A stretch of DNA of 64,000 nt from Escherichia coli (GCF_016026235.1 NZ_CP065613.1); one strand, 5' to 3'; positions 12,109 through 27,172 are shown, numbered from the stretch's first letter. The notes: generated by a model from the sequence alone, not told the origin. A program made the numbers and translations.

Positions 12109-13650
12109 TTATCCGGCGATTTGTTGCAAAAATGTGGGCAAGTTAACAATTACCCGCGTGCCGTGCTGTTTTTCGAGCGTTAAGTCGCCGCCCAGGGCGC
12201 TGACGCGCTCACGCATCCCCTGAATGCCAAATCCGGCCATTTTCCCGCTGGCGATCCCCACACCGTTGTCGCTGACTTCCAGATGCAATACCTCTCCCTG
12301 CTGGCGCAGGATAATCGTCACTTCGCTGGCTTCGGCGTGTTTACAGATGTTATTGAGCAACTCCTGCAATAACCGATACAAGGTAAAGCGCACCGTTTCG
12401 TTTTCTGGTGTGGAGTTCAGTTGATAGGCAAACTGGCAATGAATGCCGCGTTCACTAAAGGCAAATTCATTAATCAGATGCAGCAACGCTTCGCGAAATG
12501 TCAGTTCATCAAGCGCGGGAGGCCGCAACTGGCGCAGCAATTGGCGGGTGGAGAGATGAATGCGGCGGGCGAGCTCATTGATTTGGCTGGCTGCGGATTG
12601 AATTTGCGCCGGATCACGCGCCCGCTTCACCAGTTGCGACTGGATCTGAATGGCGGTGATGTTCTGACCGATTTCGTCGTGCAGCTCTCGCGCCAGGTTT
12701 TTTCGCGTGTCCTCCTCGGTGTGGATCAGCTTTTCCGCCAATGCCCGCCGCGCTGCCAGCTCGGCCTCCAGCCGTTGTCGGTAATGGTGCAGGTTTAGCG
12801 CCAGATGTTGCTGGCGACTGATGGCAATGCCCAGGCCAATTCCCAGCAAGGCCTGGGTCGCGAGGAAAATCTCCAGCTCCACCAGGTTACTAAAGCCCAC
12901 GCCAATCTGGCGGGCGATGGTGATCATCATGCTGCCCAAAAGCCCGGAGAGTACGCCACCTTGCCAGCCAAATTTCCACGCCATCACCACATTGGGCAAA
13001 AAGACCACGATCAACAGCAGACGTTCAATTTCAGGTGACAGCACCATCTGAGTGCCGATACCAATAATAAAAAACAGGCTACACCAGATGATTAAAGAGG
13101 TACGCAAGGGGGGATTATGCGTATCGAGTCCCAGGAGCTGGTAGCGATGCTGCTGGCGCAGAAACTCAAAGATAAGATAGACAAACGGCGTCAGTAATAC
13201 GCCGCCGGTAAATGAGGTCAAACCCGGCAGCATTATTGGGCCTGACATAAAAGGGGAGAGCAGGGCGGTATTCAACAATGAAGCTGCCGTGACAGTGGCT
13301 AACAGCAACGTCAGACGCTGCCAGTAAAGTGGAAAACGGTGCCAGAAGTTTTGCGCGAGGAGGACAGGAAACAGGCTAATAACCGGCGTTGCCAGCATGA
13401 GATAACCGTTCAATAGCTGTTCACTATGGAGCCAGAACATCATCAGCAAAGGGGGGAGCACCAACGCAGGCCAGTAGCGGCGAGAGAGCAAAATAACAAG
13501 GGCGAGATAAACTCCCTGCGGGAGAAACAACACCGCCTGTTGACCGTTATTGGTCAGATAAAAGCTGAGCGTCCACAGCATCAGCCAGCCGGTTCCCCAG
13601 GCCAGCACAATAAACAGCGAAATCACCCAATGACGAAGATTGCGCGACAT
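12109..13650 (-). CDS. sensor histidine kinase, UhpB-like (membrane N-terminal domain, HisKA_3, HATPase)
   Basis: 513 aa; N-terminal polytopic region, conserved WKFGWQGG and RELHDEIGQ H-box region similar to UhpB. Confidence 0.85.
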   Translation of the reverse strand: MSRNLRHWVISLFIVLAWGTGWLMLWTLSFYLTNNGQQAVLFLPQGVYLALVILLSRRYWPALVLPPLLMMFWLHSEQLLNGYLMLATPVISLFPVLLAQNFWHRFPLYWQRLTLLLATVTAASLLNTALLSPFMSGPIMLPGLTSFTGGVLLTPFVYLIFEFLRQQHRYQLLGLDTHNPPLRTSLIIWCSLFFIIGIGTQMVLSPEIERLLLIVVFLPNVVMAWKFGWQGGVLSGLLGSMMITIARQIGVGFSNLVELEIFLATQALLGIGLGIAISRQQHLALNLHHYRQRLEAELAARRALAEKLIHTEEDTRKNLARELHDEIGQNITAIQIQSQLVKRARDPAQIQSAASQINELARRIHLSTRQLLRQLRPPALDELTFREALLHLINEFAFSERGIHCQFAYQLNSTPENETVRFTLYRLLQELLNNICKHAEASEVTIILRQQGEVLHLEVSDNGVGIASGKMAGFGIQGMRERVSALGGDLTLEKQHGTRVIVNLPTFLQQIAG

Positions 13651-14279
13651 TAATGCCCCGCCAGCAGATGGTGGTCGAGCGCAAAATGTACCAGTTCAAT
13701 GGTGCTATGGCAGTTCAGTTTTCCCAGCACATTGGCGCGATGCACATGTACCGTTTTATGACTGAGTTCGAGTTTAAAGGCGATCTCTTTAACGCTGTCT
13801 CCTTTGACCAGTAAATCAAACACTTCACGTTCTCGTGGGGTGAGAATTTCCAGCGCCTGGGCGGGTTGCCCGCCGCCGCGTAAAGCCCGAATCGCATCGG
13901 CACAGAGATAATGCCCGCCCAGCCCGACCGAGCGCACCGCCTGCACTAACTCTTCCGGCCCACAGCGTTTGGTTAAATACCCGCTGGCACCGGCATCCAG
14001 CGCGCTTTGCACAAAGGTTGGCGCGTCATAAATGCTAAGAATAATGGCGCGAAATTGCGGTTTTTGTGCACGCAGGCGCTTAAGCAAACTGAGGCCGTTT
14101 TCGTCCGGCATGGCAATATCAATGACGGCAACATTGACGTCATCACGGATTAATGCCGACCATGCCTGCGCGGCACTACTGTACTGACCAATGACCTCCA
14201 GATCGTCTTCCAGAGAGAGTAATTGTGCGAAGCCAGAGCGCACCACCACATGGTCATCCACCAGCACTACCCGAATCAT
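13650..14279 (-). CDS. response regulator, UhpA-like (NarL/LuxR family)
   Basis: 209 aa; MIRVVLVDDHVVVRSGFAQLL receiver domain and C-terminal LuxR HTH (KTVHVHRANVLGKL) closely parallel UhpA. Confidence 0.85.
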   Translation of the reverse strand: MIRVVLVDDHVVVRSGFAQLLSLEDDLEVIGQYSSAAQAWSALIRDDVNVAVIDIAMPDENGLSLLKRLRAQKPQFRAIILSIYDAPTFVQSALDAGASGYLTKRCGPEELVQAVRSVGLGGHYLCADAIRALRGGGQPAQALEILTPREREVFDLLVKGDSVKEIAFKLELSHKTVHVHRANVLGKLNCHSTIELVHFALDHHLLAGH

Positions 14280-14581
14280 ACTTTTCTTCTCTTATTATCT
14301 AATTCTCCTATCATGCATCACGGCGCGGCGCTGGCAATCAACCAGCGACAGATATGGAATGGATGTAACAAAATGGCAATAATTTGCCGGAGCGCGCACA
14401 TCTTATCTGGCTTGTGAACCGGCGGGATACGTTCGCCAAAACCGCAAAATGCGCAAACTCGCTAACCATTGCCGATTTTTTTCTAAAAACGCTTTGTTCT
14501 TAACAAGACCTTTTAATTCCTTTATCAAACTGACCCGCAACGAAATACTGCTCCCATAACAAGACAGGGGAGCAGACAATC

Positions 14582-15544
14582 ATGGCAATTTCATCGCGTA
14601 ACACACTTCTTGCCGCACTGGCATTCATCGCTTTTCAGGCACAGGCGGTGAACGTCACCGTGGCGTATCAAACCTCAGCCGAACCGGCGAAAGTGGCTCA
14701 GGCCGACAACACCTTTGCTAAAGAAAGCGGAGCAACCGTGGACTGGCGTAAGTTTGACAGCGGAGCCAGCATCGTGCGGGCGCTGGCTTCAGGCGACGTG
14801 CAAATCGGCAACCTCGGTTCCAGCCCGTTAGCGGTTGCAGCCAGCCAACAGGTGCCGATTGAAGTCTTCTTGCTGGCGTCAAAACTGGGTAACTCCGAAG
14901 CGCTGGTGGTAAAGAAAACTATCAGCAAACCGGAAGATCTGATTGGCAAACGCATCGCCGTACCGTTTATCTCCACCACCCACTACAGCCTGCTGGCGGC
15001 GCTGAAACACTGGGGCATTAAACCCGGGCAAGTGGAGATTGTGAACCTGCAGCCGCCCGCGATTATCGCTGCCTGGCAGCGGGGAGACATTGATGGTGCT
15101 TATGTCTGGGCACCGGCGGTTAACGCCCTGGAAAAAGACGGCAAGGTGCTGACCGATTCTGAACAGGTCGGGCAGTGGGGCGCGCCAACGCTGGACGTTT
15201 GGGTGGTGCGCAAAGATTTTGCCGAGAAACATCCTGAGGTCGTGAAAGCGTTCGCTAAAAGCGCCATCGATGCTCAGCAACCGTACATTGCTAACCCAGA
15301 CGTGTGGCTGAAACAGCCGGAAAACATCAGCAAACTGGCGCGTTTAAGCGGCGTGCCTGAAGGTGACGTTCCGGGGCTGGTGAAGGGGAATACCTATCTG
15401 ACGCCGCAGCAACAAACGGCAGAACTGACCGGACCGGTGAACAAAGCGATTATCGACACCGCGCAGTTTTTGAAAGAGCAGGGCAAGGTCCCGGCTGTAG
15501 CGAATGATTACAGCCAGTACGTTACCTCGCGCTTCGTGCAATAA
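14582..15544 (+). CDS. tauA: taurine ABC transporter periplasmic binding protein
   Basis: 320-aa ORF with signal peptide; first gene of the tauABCD cluster. Confidence 0.95.
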   Translation: MAISSRNTLLAALAFIAFQAQAVNVTVAYQTSAEPAKVAQADNTFAKESGATVDWRKFDSGASIVRALASGDVQIGNLGSSPLAVAASQQVPIEVFLLASKLGNSEALVVKKTISKPEDLIGKRIAVPFISTTHYSLLAALKHWGIKPGQVEIVNLQPPAIIAAWQRGDIDGAYVWAPAVNALEKDGKVLTDSEQVGQWGAPTLDVWVVRKDFAEKHPEVVKAFAKSAIDAQQPYIANPDVWLKQPENISKLARLSGVPEGDVPGLVKGNTYLTPQQQTAELTGPVNKAIIDTAQFLKEQGKVPAVANDYSQYVTSRFVQ

Positions 15545-15556
15545 AAGGAGGCGCAG

Positions 15557-16324
15557 ATGCTGCAAATCTCTCATCTTTACGCCGATTATGGCGGCAAACC
15601 GGCACTGGAAGATATCAACCTGACGCTGGAAAGCGGCGAACTACTGGTGGTGCTGGGGCCGTCCGGCTGCGGTAAAACCACCCTGCTGAATCTGATTGCC
15701 GGTTTTGTGCCTTATCAGCATGGCAGCATTCAACTGGCGGGTAAGCGTATTGAGGGACCGGGAGCAGAGCGTGGCGTAGTTTTTCAGAATGAAGGGCTAC
15801 TACCGTGGCGCAATGTACAGGACAACGTGGCGTTCGGCCTGCAATTGGCAGGTATAGAGAAAATGCAGCGACTGGAAATCGCGCACCAGATGCTGAAAAA
15901 AGTGGGGCTGGAAGGCGCAGAAAAACGCTACATCTGGCAGCTTTCCGGCGGTCAACGTCAGCGGGTGGGCATTGCCCGCGCGCTGGCGGCGAATCCCCAG
16001 CTGTTATTACTCGACGAACCGTTTGGTGCGCTGGACGCCTTCACCCGCGACCAGATGCAAACCCTGCTGCTGAAACTCTGGCAGGAGACGGGCAAGCAGG
16101 TGCTGTTGATTACCCACGATATAGAAGAAGCGGTGTTTATGGCGACTGAACTGGTTCTGCTTTCATCCGGCCCTGGACGTGTGCTGGAGCGGCTGCCGCT
16201 CAACTTTGCTCGCCGCTTTGTTGCGGGAGAGTCGAGCCGCAGCATCAAGTCCGATCCACAATTCATCGCCATGCGCGAATATGTTTTAAGCCGCGTATTT
16301 GAGCAACGGGAGGCGTTCTCATGA
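15557..16324 (+). CDS. tauB: taurine ABC transporter ATP-binding protein
   Basis: 255 aa; Walker [10 protein letters not shown], signature LSGGQRQRV. Confidence 0.95.
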   Translation: MLQISHLYADYGGKPALEDINLTLESGELLVVLGPSGCGKTTLLNLIAGFVPYQHGSIQLAGKRIEGPGAERGVVFQNEGLLPWRNVQDNVAFGLQLAGIEKMQRLEIAHQMLKKVGLEGAEKRYIWQLSGGQRQRVGIARALAANPQLLLLDEPFGALDAFTRDQMQTLLLKLWQETGKQVLLITHDIEEAVFMATELVLLSSGPGRVLERLPLNFARRFVAGESSRSIKSDPQFIAMREYVLSRVFEQREAFS

Positions 16325-17148
16325 GTGTGCTCATTAATGAAAAACTGCATTCGCGGCGGCTGAAATGGCGCTGGCCGCTCTCGCGTCAGGTGACCTTAAG
16401 CATTGGCACGTTAGCGGTTTTACTCACTGTATGGTGGACGGTGGCGGCGCCGCAACTGATTAGCCCGCTGTTTTTGCCGCCGCCGCAACAAGTACTGGCA
16501 AAACTGCTCACCATTGCCGGACCGCAGGGATTTATGGACGCCACGCTGTGGCAGCATCTGGCAGCCAGCCTGACGCGCATTGTGCTGGCGCTACTCGCGG
16601 CGGTGTTGATCGGCATTCCGGTCGGGATCGCCATGGGGCTAAGCCCGACGGTGCGCGGCATTCTGGATCCGGTAATCGAACTTTATCGTCCGGTGCCGCC
16701 GCTGGCTTATTTACCACTGATGGTGATCTGGTTTGGTATTGGCGAAACCTCGAAGATCTTACTGATCTATTTAGCGATTTTTGCGCCGGTGGCGATGTCG
16801 GCGCTGGCAGGGGTGAAAAGCGCGCAGCAGGTTCGCATTCGTGCCGCCCAGTCGCTGGGTGCCAGCCGTGCGCAGGTGCTGTGGTTTGTCATTTTGCCCG
16901 GCGCGCTGCCGGAAATCCTCACCGGATTACGCATTGGTCTGGGGGTGGGCTGGTCTACCCTGGTAGCGGCGGAGCTGATTGCCGCGACGCGCGGTTTAGG
17001 ATTTATGGTTCAGTCAGCGGGTGAATTTCTCGCGACTGACGTGGTGCTGGCGGGGATCGCGGTGATTGCGATTATCGCCTTTCTTTTAGAACTGGGTTTG
17101 CGCGCGTTACAGCGCCGACTGACGCCCTGGCATGGAGAAGTACAATGA
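16321..17148 (+). CDS. tauC: taurine ABC transporter permease
   Basis: 275-aa hydrophobic ORF; 4-nt overlap with tauB and with tauD. Confidence 0.95.
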   Translation: MSVLINEKLHSRRLKWRWPLSRQVTLSIGTLAVLLTVWWTVAAPQLISPLFLPPPQQVLAKLLTIAGPQGFMDATLWQHLAASLTRIVLALLAAVLIGIPVGIAMGLSPTVRGILDPVIELYRPVPPLAYLPLMVIWFGIGETSKILLIYLAIFAPVAMSALAGVKSAQQVRIRAAQSLGASRAQVLWFVILPGALPEILTGLRIGLGVGWSTLVAAELIAATRGLGFMVQSAGEFLATDVVLAGIAVIAIIAFLLELGLRALQRRLTPWHGEVQ

Positions 17149-17996
17149 GTGAACGTCTGAGCATTACCCCGCTGGGGCCGTATATTGGCGCACAAATTTC
17201 GGGTGCCGACCTGACGCGCCCGTTAAGCGATAATCAGTTTGAACAGCTTTACCATGCGGTGCTGCGCCATCAGGTGGTGTTTCTGCGCGATCAAGCTATT
17301 ACACCGCTGCAGCAACGCGCGCTGGCCCAGCGTTTTGGCGAACTGCATATTCACCCTGTTTACCCTCATGCCGAAGGGGTTGACGAGATCATCGTGCTGG
17401 ATACCCATAACGATAATCCGCCAGATAACGACAACTGGCATACCGATGTGACATTTATTGAAACGCCACCCGCAGGGGCGATTCTGGCAGCGAAAGAGTT
17501 ACCTTCGACCGGCGGCGATACGCTCTGGACCAGCGGTATTGCGGCCTATGAGGCGCTCTCTGTTCCCTTCCGCCAACTGCTGAGCGGGCTGCGTGCGGAG
17601 CATGATTTTCGTAAATCGTTCCCGGAATACAAATACCGCAAAACAGAGGAGGAACATCAACCCTGGCGCGAGGCGGTCGCGAAAAACCCGCCGTTGCTAC
17701 ATCCGGTGGTGCGAACGCATCCGGTGAGCGGTAAACAGGCGCTGTTTGTGAATGAAGGCTTTACTACGCGAATTGTTGATGTGAGCGAGAAAGAGAGCGA
17801 AGCCTTGTTAAGTTTTTTGTTTGCCCATATCACCAAACCGGAGTTTCAGGTGCGCTGGCGCTGGCAACCAAATGATATTGCGATTTGGGATAACCGCGTG
17901 ACCCAGCACTATGCCAATGCCGATTACCTGCCACAGCGACGGATTATGCATCGGGCGACGATTCTTGGGGATAAACCGTTTTATCGGGCGGGGTAA
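17145..17996 (+). CDS. tauD: taurine dioxygenase (alpha-ketoglutarate dependent)
   Basis: 283 aa; TauD/TfdA family sequence (HTDVTF motif). Confidence 0.95.
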   Translation: MSERLSITPLGPYIGAQISGADLTRPLSDNQFEQLYHAVLRHQVVFLRDQAITPLQQRALAQRFGELHIHPVYPHAEGVDEIIVLDTHNDNPPDNDNWHTDVTFIETPPAGAILAAKELPSTGGDTLWTSGIAAYEALSVPFRQLLSGLRAEHDFRKSFPEYKYRKTEEEHQPWREAVAKNPPLLHPVVRTHPVSGKQALFVNEGFTTRIVDVSEKESEALLSFLFAHITKPEFQVRWRWQPNDIAIWDNRVTQHYANADYLPQRRIMHRATILGDKPFYRAG

Positions 17997-18000
17997 TACG

Positions 18001-18180
18001 AGAGTGGACGGTCCCCTTGAGCGGCGAAAGAACGTTGATATAGATGAAGCGAGTGCGGACGGTCCACTCAAGCGGCGAAAGAACGGTGATATAGATGAAA
18101 CGAGTGCGGACGGTCCCCTCGCCCCCTTGGGGTTAGGGTGAGGGGGAGTTCACTGTACTTTCAATAGGTTAACTCCCCCC
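18001..18180. repeat. two tandem ~49-bp repeat units plus a truncated third copy running into a G/C-rich hairpin (GGGGGAGTT...AACTCCCCC)
   Basis: Direct reading of the tauD-hemB intergenic sequence; unit GAGTG(C)GGACGGTCC...AGCGGCGAAAGAAC(G/T)GTGATATAGATGAA; repeat class not identified. Confidence 0.6.
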
Positions 18181-18199
18181 ATCGGAAGGCGTAAAAGTA

Positions 18200-19174
18200 T
18201 TAACGCAGAATCTTCTTCTCAGCCAGATCCAGCGCAAAGTAGCTGAAAATCAGATCCGCACCTGCACGCTTAATCGAACCTAAGCTTTCGAGCACCACTT
18301 TCTCTTCATCTATAGCACCCGCCAGCGCGGCGAACTTAATCATCGCGTACTCACCGCTCACCTGATACGCGCCAATCGGCAATTCAGTACGTTCACGCAG
18401 CTCACGCACGATGTCGAGGTACGCTCCAGCAGGTTTAACCATCAGGCAGTCTGCGCCCTGGGCTTCATCCAGCAGTGACTCACGAATCGCCTCACGACGG
18501 TTCATTGGGTTCATCTGATAGCTTTTGCGGTCGCCTTTTAATGCGCTTCCGGCAGCTTCACGGAACGGGCCATAAAAGGAGGAGGCGAACTTGGTCGAAT
18601 ACGACATAATCGCCGTATCTTTAAAGCCCGCAGCGTCCAGCGCCTGGCGAATTGCCTGTACCTGGCCGTCCATCGCGGCGGAAGGGGCGATGAAGTCTGC
18701 GCCTGCAGCAGCTGCAACCACGGCTTGCTTGCCTAAATTTTCCAGAGTCGCGTCGTTGTCGACGCCATGCTCGCACAGCACACCGCAGTGACCGTGAGAA
18801 GTGTATTCACAGAAACAAGTGTCTGACATGACGATCATTTCTGGCACAGTCTGCTTGCAGATGCGCGACATACGCGCCACCAGTCCATCTTCCCGCCAGG
18901 CGTCGCTGCCGGTTTCATCGGTATGGTGAGAGATGCCGAAAGTCATCACGGAACGAATACCGGCGTTGGCGATGCGTTCAATTTCGCGTGCCAGATGTTT
19001 CTCTGGAATGCGCATCACGCCTGGCATGGCTTCAACGGCTTTGTAGTCGTCAATTTCTTCTTCAACAAAGATCGGCAACACCAGGTCGTTAAGGCTAAGT
19101 GTTGTCTCTTCAAACATAGCGCGCAGCGCAGGAGATTTGCGCAGGCGACGAGGGCGTTGGATTAAGTCTGTCAT
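18200..19174 (-). CDS. hemB: porphobilinogen synthase (delta-aminolevulinate dehydratase)
   Basis: ORF 18200..19207; ATG at 19174 ([13 protein letters not shown]...) gives 324 aa as expected for HemB. Confidence 0.95.
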
Positions 19175-19699
19175 GGTCTGCCTGATGTTTGTGGAATTAA
19201 GGTGCACAGTATACCTGAAGCGGGGCAGGAGTGTTTTACGAAAGTTGTCGTGATGTTGACAAGAAGAGAATGAAAGAGAGACCAGGACATCTTTGTAATA
19301 GAAATAGCAATAATTTCATATTCACTGAAAATATTTTTAATTTTTATTTATAGCCATAGATTATTGTTTTTGGGGATTTGGTGACGTTTTCAAAAAGTGA
19401 ATAACTTAAAGTTCATTGCTTATTGATACATTATTTGTCTGTTTTAGTTGTTTTATATTTTCATGGTCTATGTTTTAAAATTAACGCTTTCATTAACGTA
19501 TTGAAATATTGTGTTTTTGTTATTTATTTCTGTGTGTGTGTTCACGTGCTTTATATATGTCCGCAATCGGACTTAGGGGAAAGAATAATTGAACCATTCC
19601 TCTATAACGCCGCATAATCGTCAACGCGAAACATAATATGTTTTCTATGCATTGATAATTGATGGATCAACTTATTACGTCCCTGAGGAGGGATGACAA

Positions 19700-22645
<2,946 letters not shown>

Positions 22646-22646
22646 A

Positions 22647-23335
<689 letters not shown>

Positions 23336-24493
23336 TCAGGATGCGGGGATAACCAACGGTTTATTCCCGCTTAGCTCGGTCACCAGGTCATTGATGCCAT
23401 CGCTCATATTTTTAAAGCGCGTCAACGGCGAACGAGTGACCACCACAAACGCGCCAATATTCTTCTGCGGGATCATCGCCATATAGGTAATGAAACCGCC
23501 ACCACCGCCTGTCTTCTGAATAATCCCCGGACGCCCCTCTTTCGGGGCCATATATACCCAGCCTAAACCAAGCGCATCCGCTTTGCCGGGGACATCCATA
23601 CCAATCACTTTCGTAAACTGCGCGCGCTGATAAATCAACGTCTGCATGCGATCAGCCTGGTTACTGCGCTGATAAAAATCAGATGACAAATACTGCTGCA
23701 TCCAGCGCATCATATCGCCAGGCGTGGAATAGACGCCGCCGCTGCCAATTGCCGCCAGCGTGTTATTGCATGGACTGGCACCGCGCTCTGCAACCATTAA
23801 ACGGCGGCACTGATCCGGTGAGGGGGTGTAGGTGGTGTCTTTCATCCCCAATGGACGGGTAATCTGCTCTTCAAACAACTGGGTATAAGGCTTGCCGGAC
23901 GCATTCGCCAGTGCATCTGCCAGCAGGTCGAACGCAAGGTTAGAGTACGCCGCCTGACTGCCTGGCGCGGCTTTCAGCTTCGCCGTAGAAAGGTATTTCC
24001 AGCGTTGCTCGCGCGTTGGCCAGACAAACACCGGACGATGTGCCGCGCCACCGGGCTGTTCACGGGGCAGGGCGCTGGTATGGGTTGCCAGATTGACCAG
24101 CGTAATGGGCGTCCCATTGTAGGTTGGCACGCGTGCGCCTGGCGGAGCATATTTACTTAGCGGATCGTTTAACTTCACGGTCCCCTGGTCGAGCAATTTC
24201 ACCAGCATCTCACTGGTCATTAGCTTGGTGAGGGAAGCAATACGCACGACCGAATCCAGTTGCGGGCGAACGTTATTACCAGGTCGCGTTTCGCCATAAC
24301 TGCGAAAGACGCGCTGGTTACCGTCGATAACAACCAGCGCCATCCCCGTGGCACCGCTGCCGTAAAAAATATGATCGGCATAACGATCGACAATATCAGA
24401 GGCAAACTCCGGTTCAGTGATCGGCTGCGCCGCATGGACGGAGGTCAATGACGCCGCACACAGCACGGCAGAAAAAAGCAGACTACGTTTCAA
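23336..24493 (-). CDS. ampH: D-alanyl-D-alanine carboxypeptidase/endopeptidase AmpH (class C PBP)
   Basis: 385 aa; signal peptide, SLTK active-site motif. Confidence 0.95.
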   Translation of the reverse strand: MKRSLLFSAVLCAASLTSVHAAQPITEPEFASDIVDRYADHIFYGSGATGMALVVIDGNQRVFRSYGETRPGNNVRPQLDSVVRIASLTKLMTSEMLVKLLDQGTVKLNDPLSKYAPPGARVPTYNGTPITLVNLATHTSALPREQPGGAAHRPVFVWPTREQRWKYLSTAKLKAAPGSQAAYSNLAFDLLADALANASGKPYTQLFEEQITRPLGMKDTTYTPSPDQCRRLMVAERGASPCNNTLAAIGSGGVYSTPGDMMRWMQQYLSSDFYQRSNQADRMQTLIYQRAQFTKVIGMDVPGKADALGLGWVYMAPKEGRPGIIQKTGGGGGFITYMAMIPQKNIGAFVVVTRSPLTRFKNMSDGINDLVTELSGNKPLVIPAS

Positions 24494-24844
24494 CGGTGGT
24501 GTCCATAAATTGAATGAAGGTAACTGAGCGTATTTATACTACTCATTGATGGATTGCAAAGGGCGAATTAGTGCAATAATAGTGTTAAAAACGTAACGGC
24601 GCGTAAACACGATCTTTTTCCTGCTCACCAATGCCTGCATTTGTGATCCTGCGCGTGTTAATCCGCTTATGTAAACAATCTTTGGTTTGTGAAATCCGTC
24701 GAAACAATTCTTATGGCCAGGCTGGCGAACTAAGCGCCTTGCTATGGGTCACAATGGGCGGTTTCATTTGGCTGACGCTTTGTAGCGGTCATGCGGTTAA
24801 TACACAGCAGTTGTTAAAACGATAAGAAGTTAGCAGGAGTGCAT

Positions 24845-26065
24845 ATGTTTAAGTCTTTTTTCCCAAAGCCGGGAGCGTTTTTTCTCTCGGCCTTTGTTTG
24901 GGCATTGATTGCCGTTATCTTCTGGCAAGCCGGTGGGGGTGACTGGGTGGCGCGTATCACCGGCGCTTCCGGGCAGATCCCGATTAGCGCCGCGCGTTTC
25001 TGGTCGTTGGATTTCCTGATTTTTTACGCTTACTACATTGTTTGCGTAGGACTTTTTGCATTGTTCTGGTTTATCTACAGCCCGCACCGTTGGCAATACT
25101 GGTCAATACTCGGTACTGCACTGATCATCTTCGTCACCTGGTTTTTGGTGGAAGTCGGGGTTGCCGTCAACGCCTGGTATGCACCGTTCTATGATCTGAT
25201 TCAAACCGCGCTAAGTTCGCCGCATAAAGTCACTATCGAACAATTTTACCGCGAAGTGGGCGTCTTTCTGGGGATTGCGCTGATCGCGGTAGTGATCAGT
25301 GTGCTGAATAACTTCTTTGTCAGTCACTACGTGTTCCGCTGGCGTACGGCGATGAACGAATATTACATGGCGAACTGGCAACAACTGCGTCATATCGAAG
25401 GCGCCGCACAGCGTGTGCAGGAAGACACCATGCGTTTTGCTTCAACGCTGGAGAATATGGGGGTCAGTTTTATCAACGCCATCATGACGTTGATCGCCTT
25501 CCTGCCGGTGCTGGTAACGCTCTCCGCGCATGTGCCGGAGCTGCCGATTATCGGGCACATTCCGTATGGTCTGGTGATTGCCGCTATCGTCTGGTCGCTG
25601 ATGGGGACCGGATTGCTGGCAGTGGTAGGGATCAAACTGCCGGGGCTGGAGTTTAAAAACCAGCGAGTAGAGGCTGCCTACCGTAAAGAGCTGGTTTATG
25701 GTGAAGACGATGCCACGCGCGCGACGCCGCCTACGGTACGCGAGCTGTTTAGCGCCGTACGGAAAAACTATTTCCGCCTCTATTTTCACTATATGTATTT
25801 CAACATCGCCCGCATTCTCTATTTGCAGGTCGATAACGTTTTCGGTTTGTTCTTGCTGTTTCCGTCAATTGTTGCCGGTACGATTACGCTCGGCCTGATG
25901 ACGCAGATTACCAACGTTTTTGGTCAGGTTCGCGGTGCTTTCCAGTACCTGATTAACTCATGGACCACACTGGTTGAGTTGATGTCTATCTACAAACGTC
26001 TGCGCAGCTTTGAACATGAGCTGGATGGTGACAAAATTCAGGAAGTAACCCATACCTTGAGCTAA
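24845..26065 (+). CDS. sbmA: peptide antibiotic/microcin transporter SbmA
   Basis: ORF 24839..26065; ATG at 24845 ([17 protein letters not shown]...) gives 406 aa. Confidence 0.95.
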   Translation: MFKSFFPKPGAFFLSAFVWALIAVIFWQAGGGDWVARITGASGQIPISAARFWSLDFLIFYAYYIVCVGLFALFWFIYSPHRWQYWSILGTALIIFVTWFLVEVGVAVNAWYAPFYDLIQTALSSPHKVTIEQFYREVGVFLGIALIAVVISVLNNFFVSHYVFRWRTAMNEYYMANWQQLRHIEGAAQRVQEDTMRFASTLENMGVSFINAIMTLIAFLPVLVTLSAHVPELPIIGHIPYGLVIAAIVWSLMGTGLLAVVGIKLPGLEFKNQRVEAAYRKELVYGEDDATRATPPTVRELFSAVRKNYFRLYFHYMYFNIARILYLQVDNVFGLFLLFPSIVAGTITLGLMTQITNVFGQVRGAFQYLINSWTTLVELMSIYKRLRSFEHELDGDKIQEVTHTLS

Positions 26066-26077
26066 AAAGGAGAAGTA

Positions 26078-27172
26078 ATGTCGCGCGTCAATCCTCTATC
26101 TTCGCTGTCATTGTTGGCGGTTCTGGTTTTAGCGGGGTGCAGTAGTCAGGCTCCGCAACCGTTGAAAAAGGGCGAAAAAGCGATAGATGTAGCGAGCGTC
26201 GTGCGGCAGAAGATGCCTGCGAGCGTGAAAGACCGCGATGCCTGGGCGAAAGATCTCGCCACCACCTTTGAAAGTCAGGGGCTGGCACCGACGCTGGAAA
26301 ACGTCTGCTCGGTGCTGGCGGTGGCGCAGCAGGAGTCAAATTATCAGGCAGATCCGGCCGTTCCGGGCTTAAGCAAAATCGCCTGGCAAGAGATTGACCG
26401 TCGTGCTGAACGGATGCACATTCCTCCTTTTCTGGTTCATACCGCGCTAAAAATCAAATCGCCAAACGGCAAAAGTTATAGCGAACGGTTAGATTCGGTG
26501 CGTACAGAAAAGCAATTGAGCGCGATTTTTGACGATCTGATCAGCATGGTGCCAATGGGGCAGACGCTGTTTGGTTCGCTTAATCCGGTGCGCACCGGTG
26601 GGCCGATGCAGGTCAGCATTGCTTTTGCCGAACAGCATACCAAAGGGTATCCGTGGAAAATGGACGGTACAGTCCGTCAGGAAGTCTTTAGTCGCCGCGG
26701 CGGGTTGTGGTTTGGTACTTACCATTTACTGAATTATCCCGCCAGTTATAGCGCACCGATATACCGTTTTGCTGATTTTAACGCTGGCTGGTACGCCAGC
26801 CGTAATGCCGCGTTTCAGAACGCGGTCACTAAGGCCAGCGGCGTGAAGCTGGCACTGGACGGTGATTTAATTCGTTACGACAGTAAAGAACCCGGGAAAA
26901 CCGAACTGGCAACGCGCAAACTGGCGGCAAAACTGGGGATGAGCGACAGCGAAATTCGTCGTCAGCTAGAGAAAGGTGACAGCTTCTCTTTTGAGGAGAC
27001 GGCGCTGTACAAGAAAGTTTATCAACTTGCCGAAGCGAAAACGGGTAAATCACTCCCCCGCGAAATGTTGCCTGGCATTCAACTGGAAAGCCCGAAAATC
27101 ACCCGCAACCTGACTACGGCCTGGTTTGCGAAGCGCGTAGACGAACGGCGGGCGCGTTGTATGAAACAGTGA
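26078..27172 (+). CDS. yaiW: lipoprotein YaiW (DUF1615)
   Basis: 364 aa; lipobox LAGCSS; directly downstream of sbmA. Confidence 0.9.
   Translation: MSRVNPLSSLSLLAVLVLAGCSSQAPQPLKKGEKAIDVASVVRQKMPASVKDRDAWAKDLATTFESQGLAPTLENVCSVLAVAQQESNYQADPAVPGLSKIAWQEIDRRAERMHIPPFLVHTALKIKSPNGKSYSERLDSVRTEKQLSAIFDDLISMVPMGQTLFGSLNPVRTGGPMQVSIAFAEQHTKGYPWKMDGTVRQEVFSRRGGLWFGTYHLLNYPASYSAPIYRFADFNAGWYASRNAAFQNAVTKASGVKLALDGDLIRYDSKEPGKTELATRKLAAKLGMSDSEIRRQLEKGDSFSFEETALYKKVYQLAEAKTGKSLPREMLPGIQLESPKITRNLTTAWFAKRVDERRARCMKQ

Noticed and set aside
6440-14560. Possibility that the island encodes a novel defence or mobile system
   Set aside because: All six genes have clear transporter or two-component homology; no nuclease, integrase, transposase or repeat array is present
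17911-18141. 76-aa ORF spanning the tauD-hemB tandem repeat
   Set aside because: Its repeated peptide simply mirrors the DNA tandem repeat; no start context; region is intergenic between convergent genes
19208-19699. 64-aa ORF (19423..19617) in the AT-rich hemB-yaiT intergenic region
   Set aside because: AT-rich low-complexity sequence with Cys/Phe/Val-rich translation and no ribosome-binding site; more likely promoter or silencer DNA
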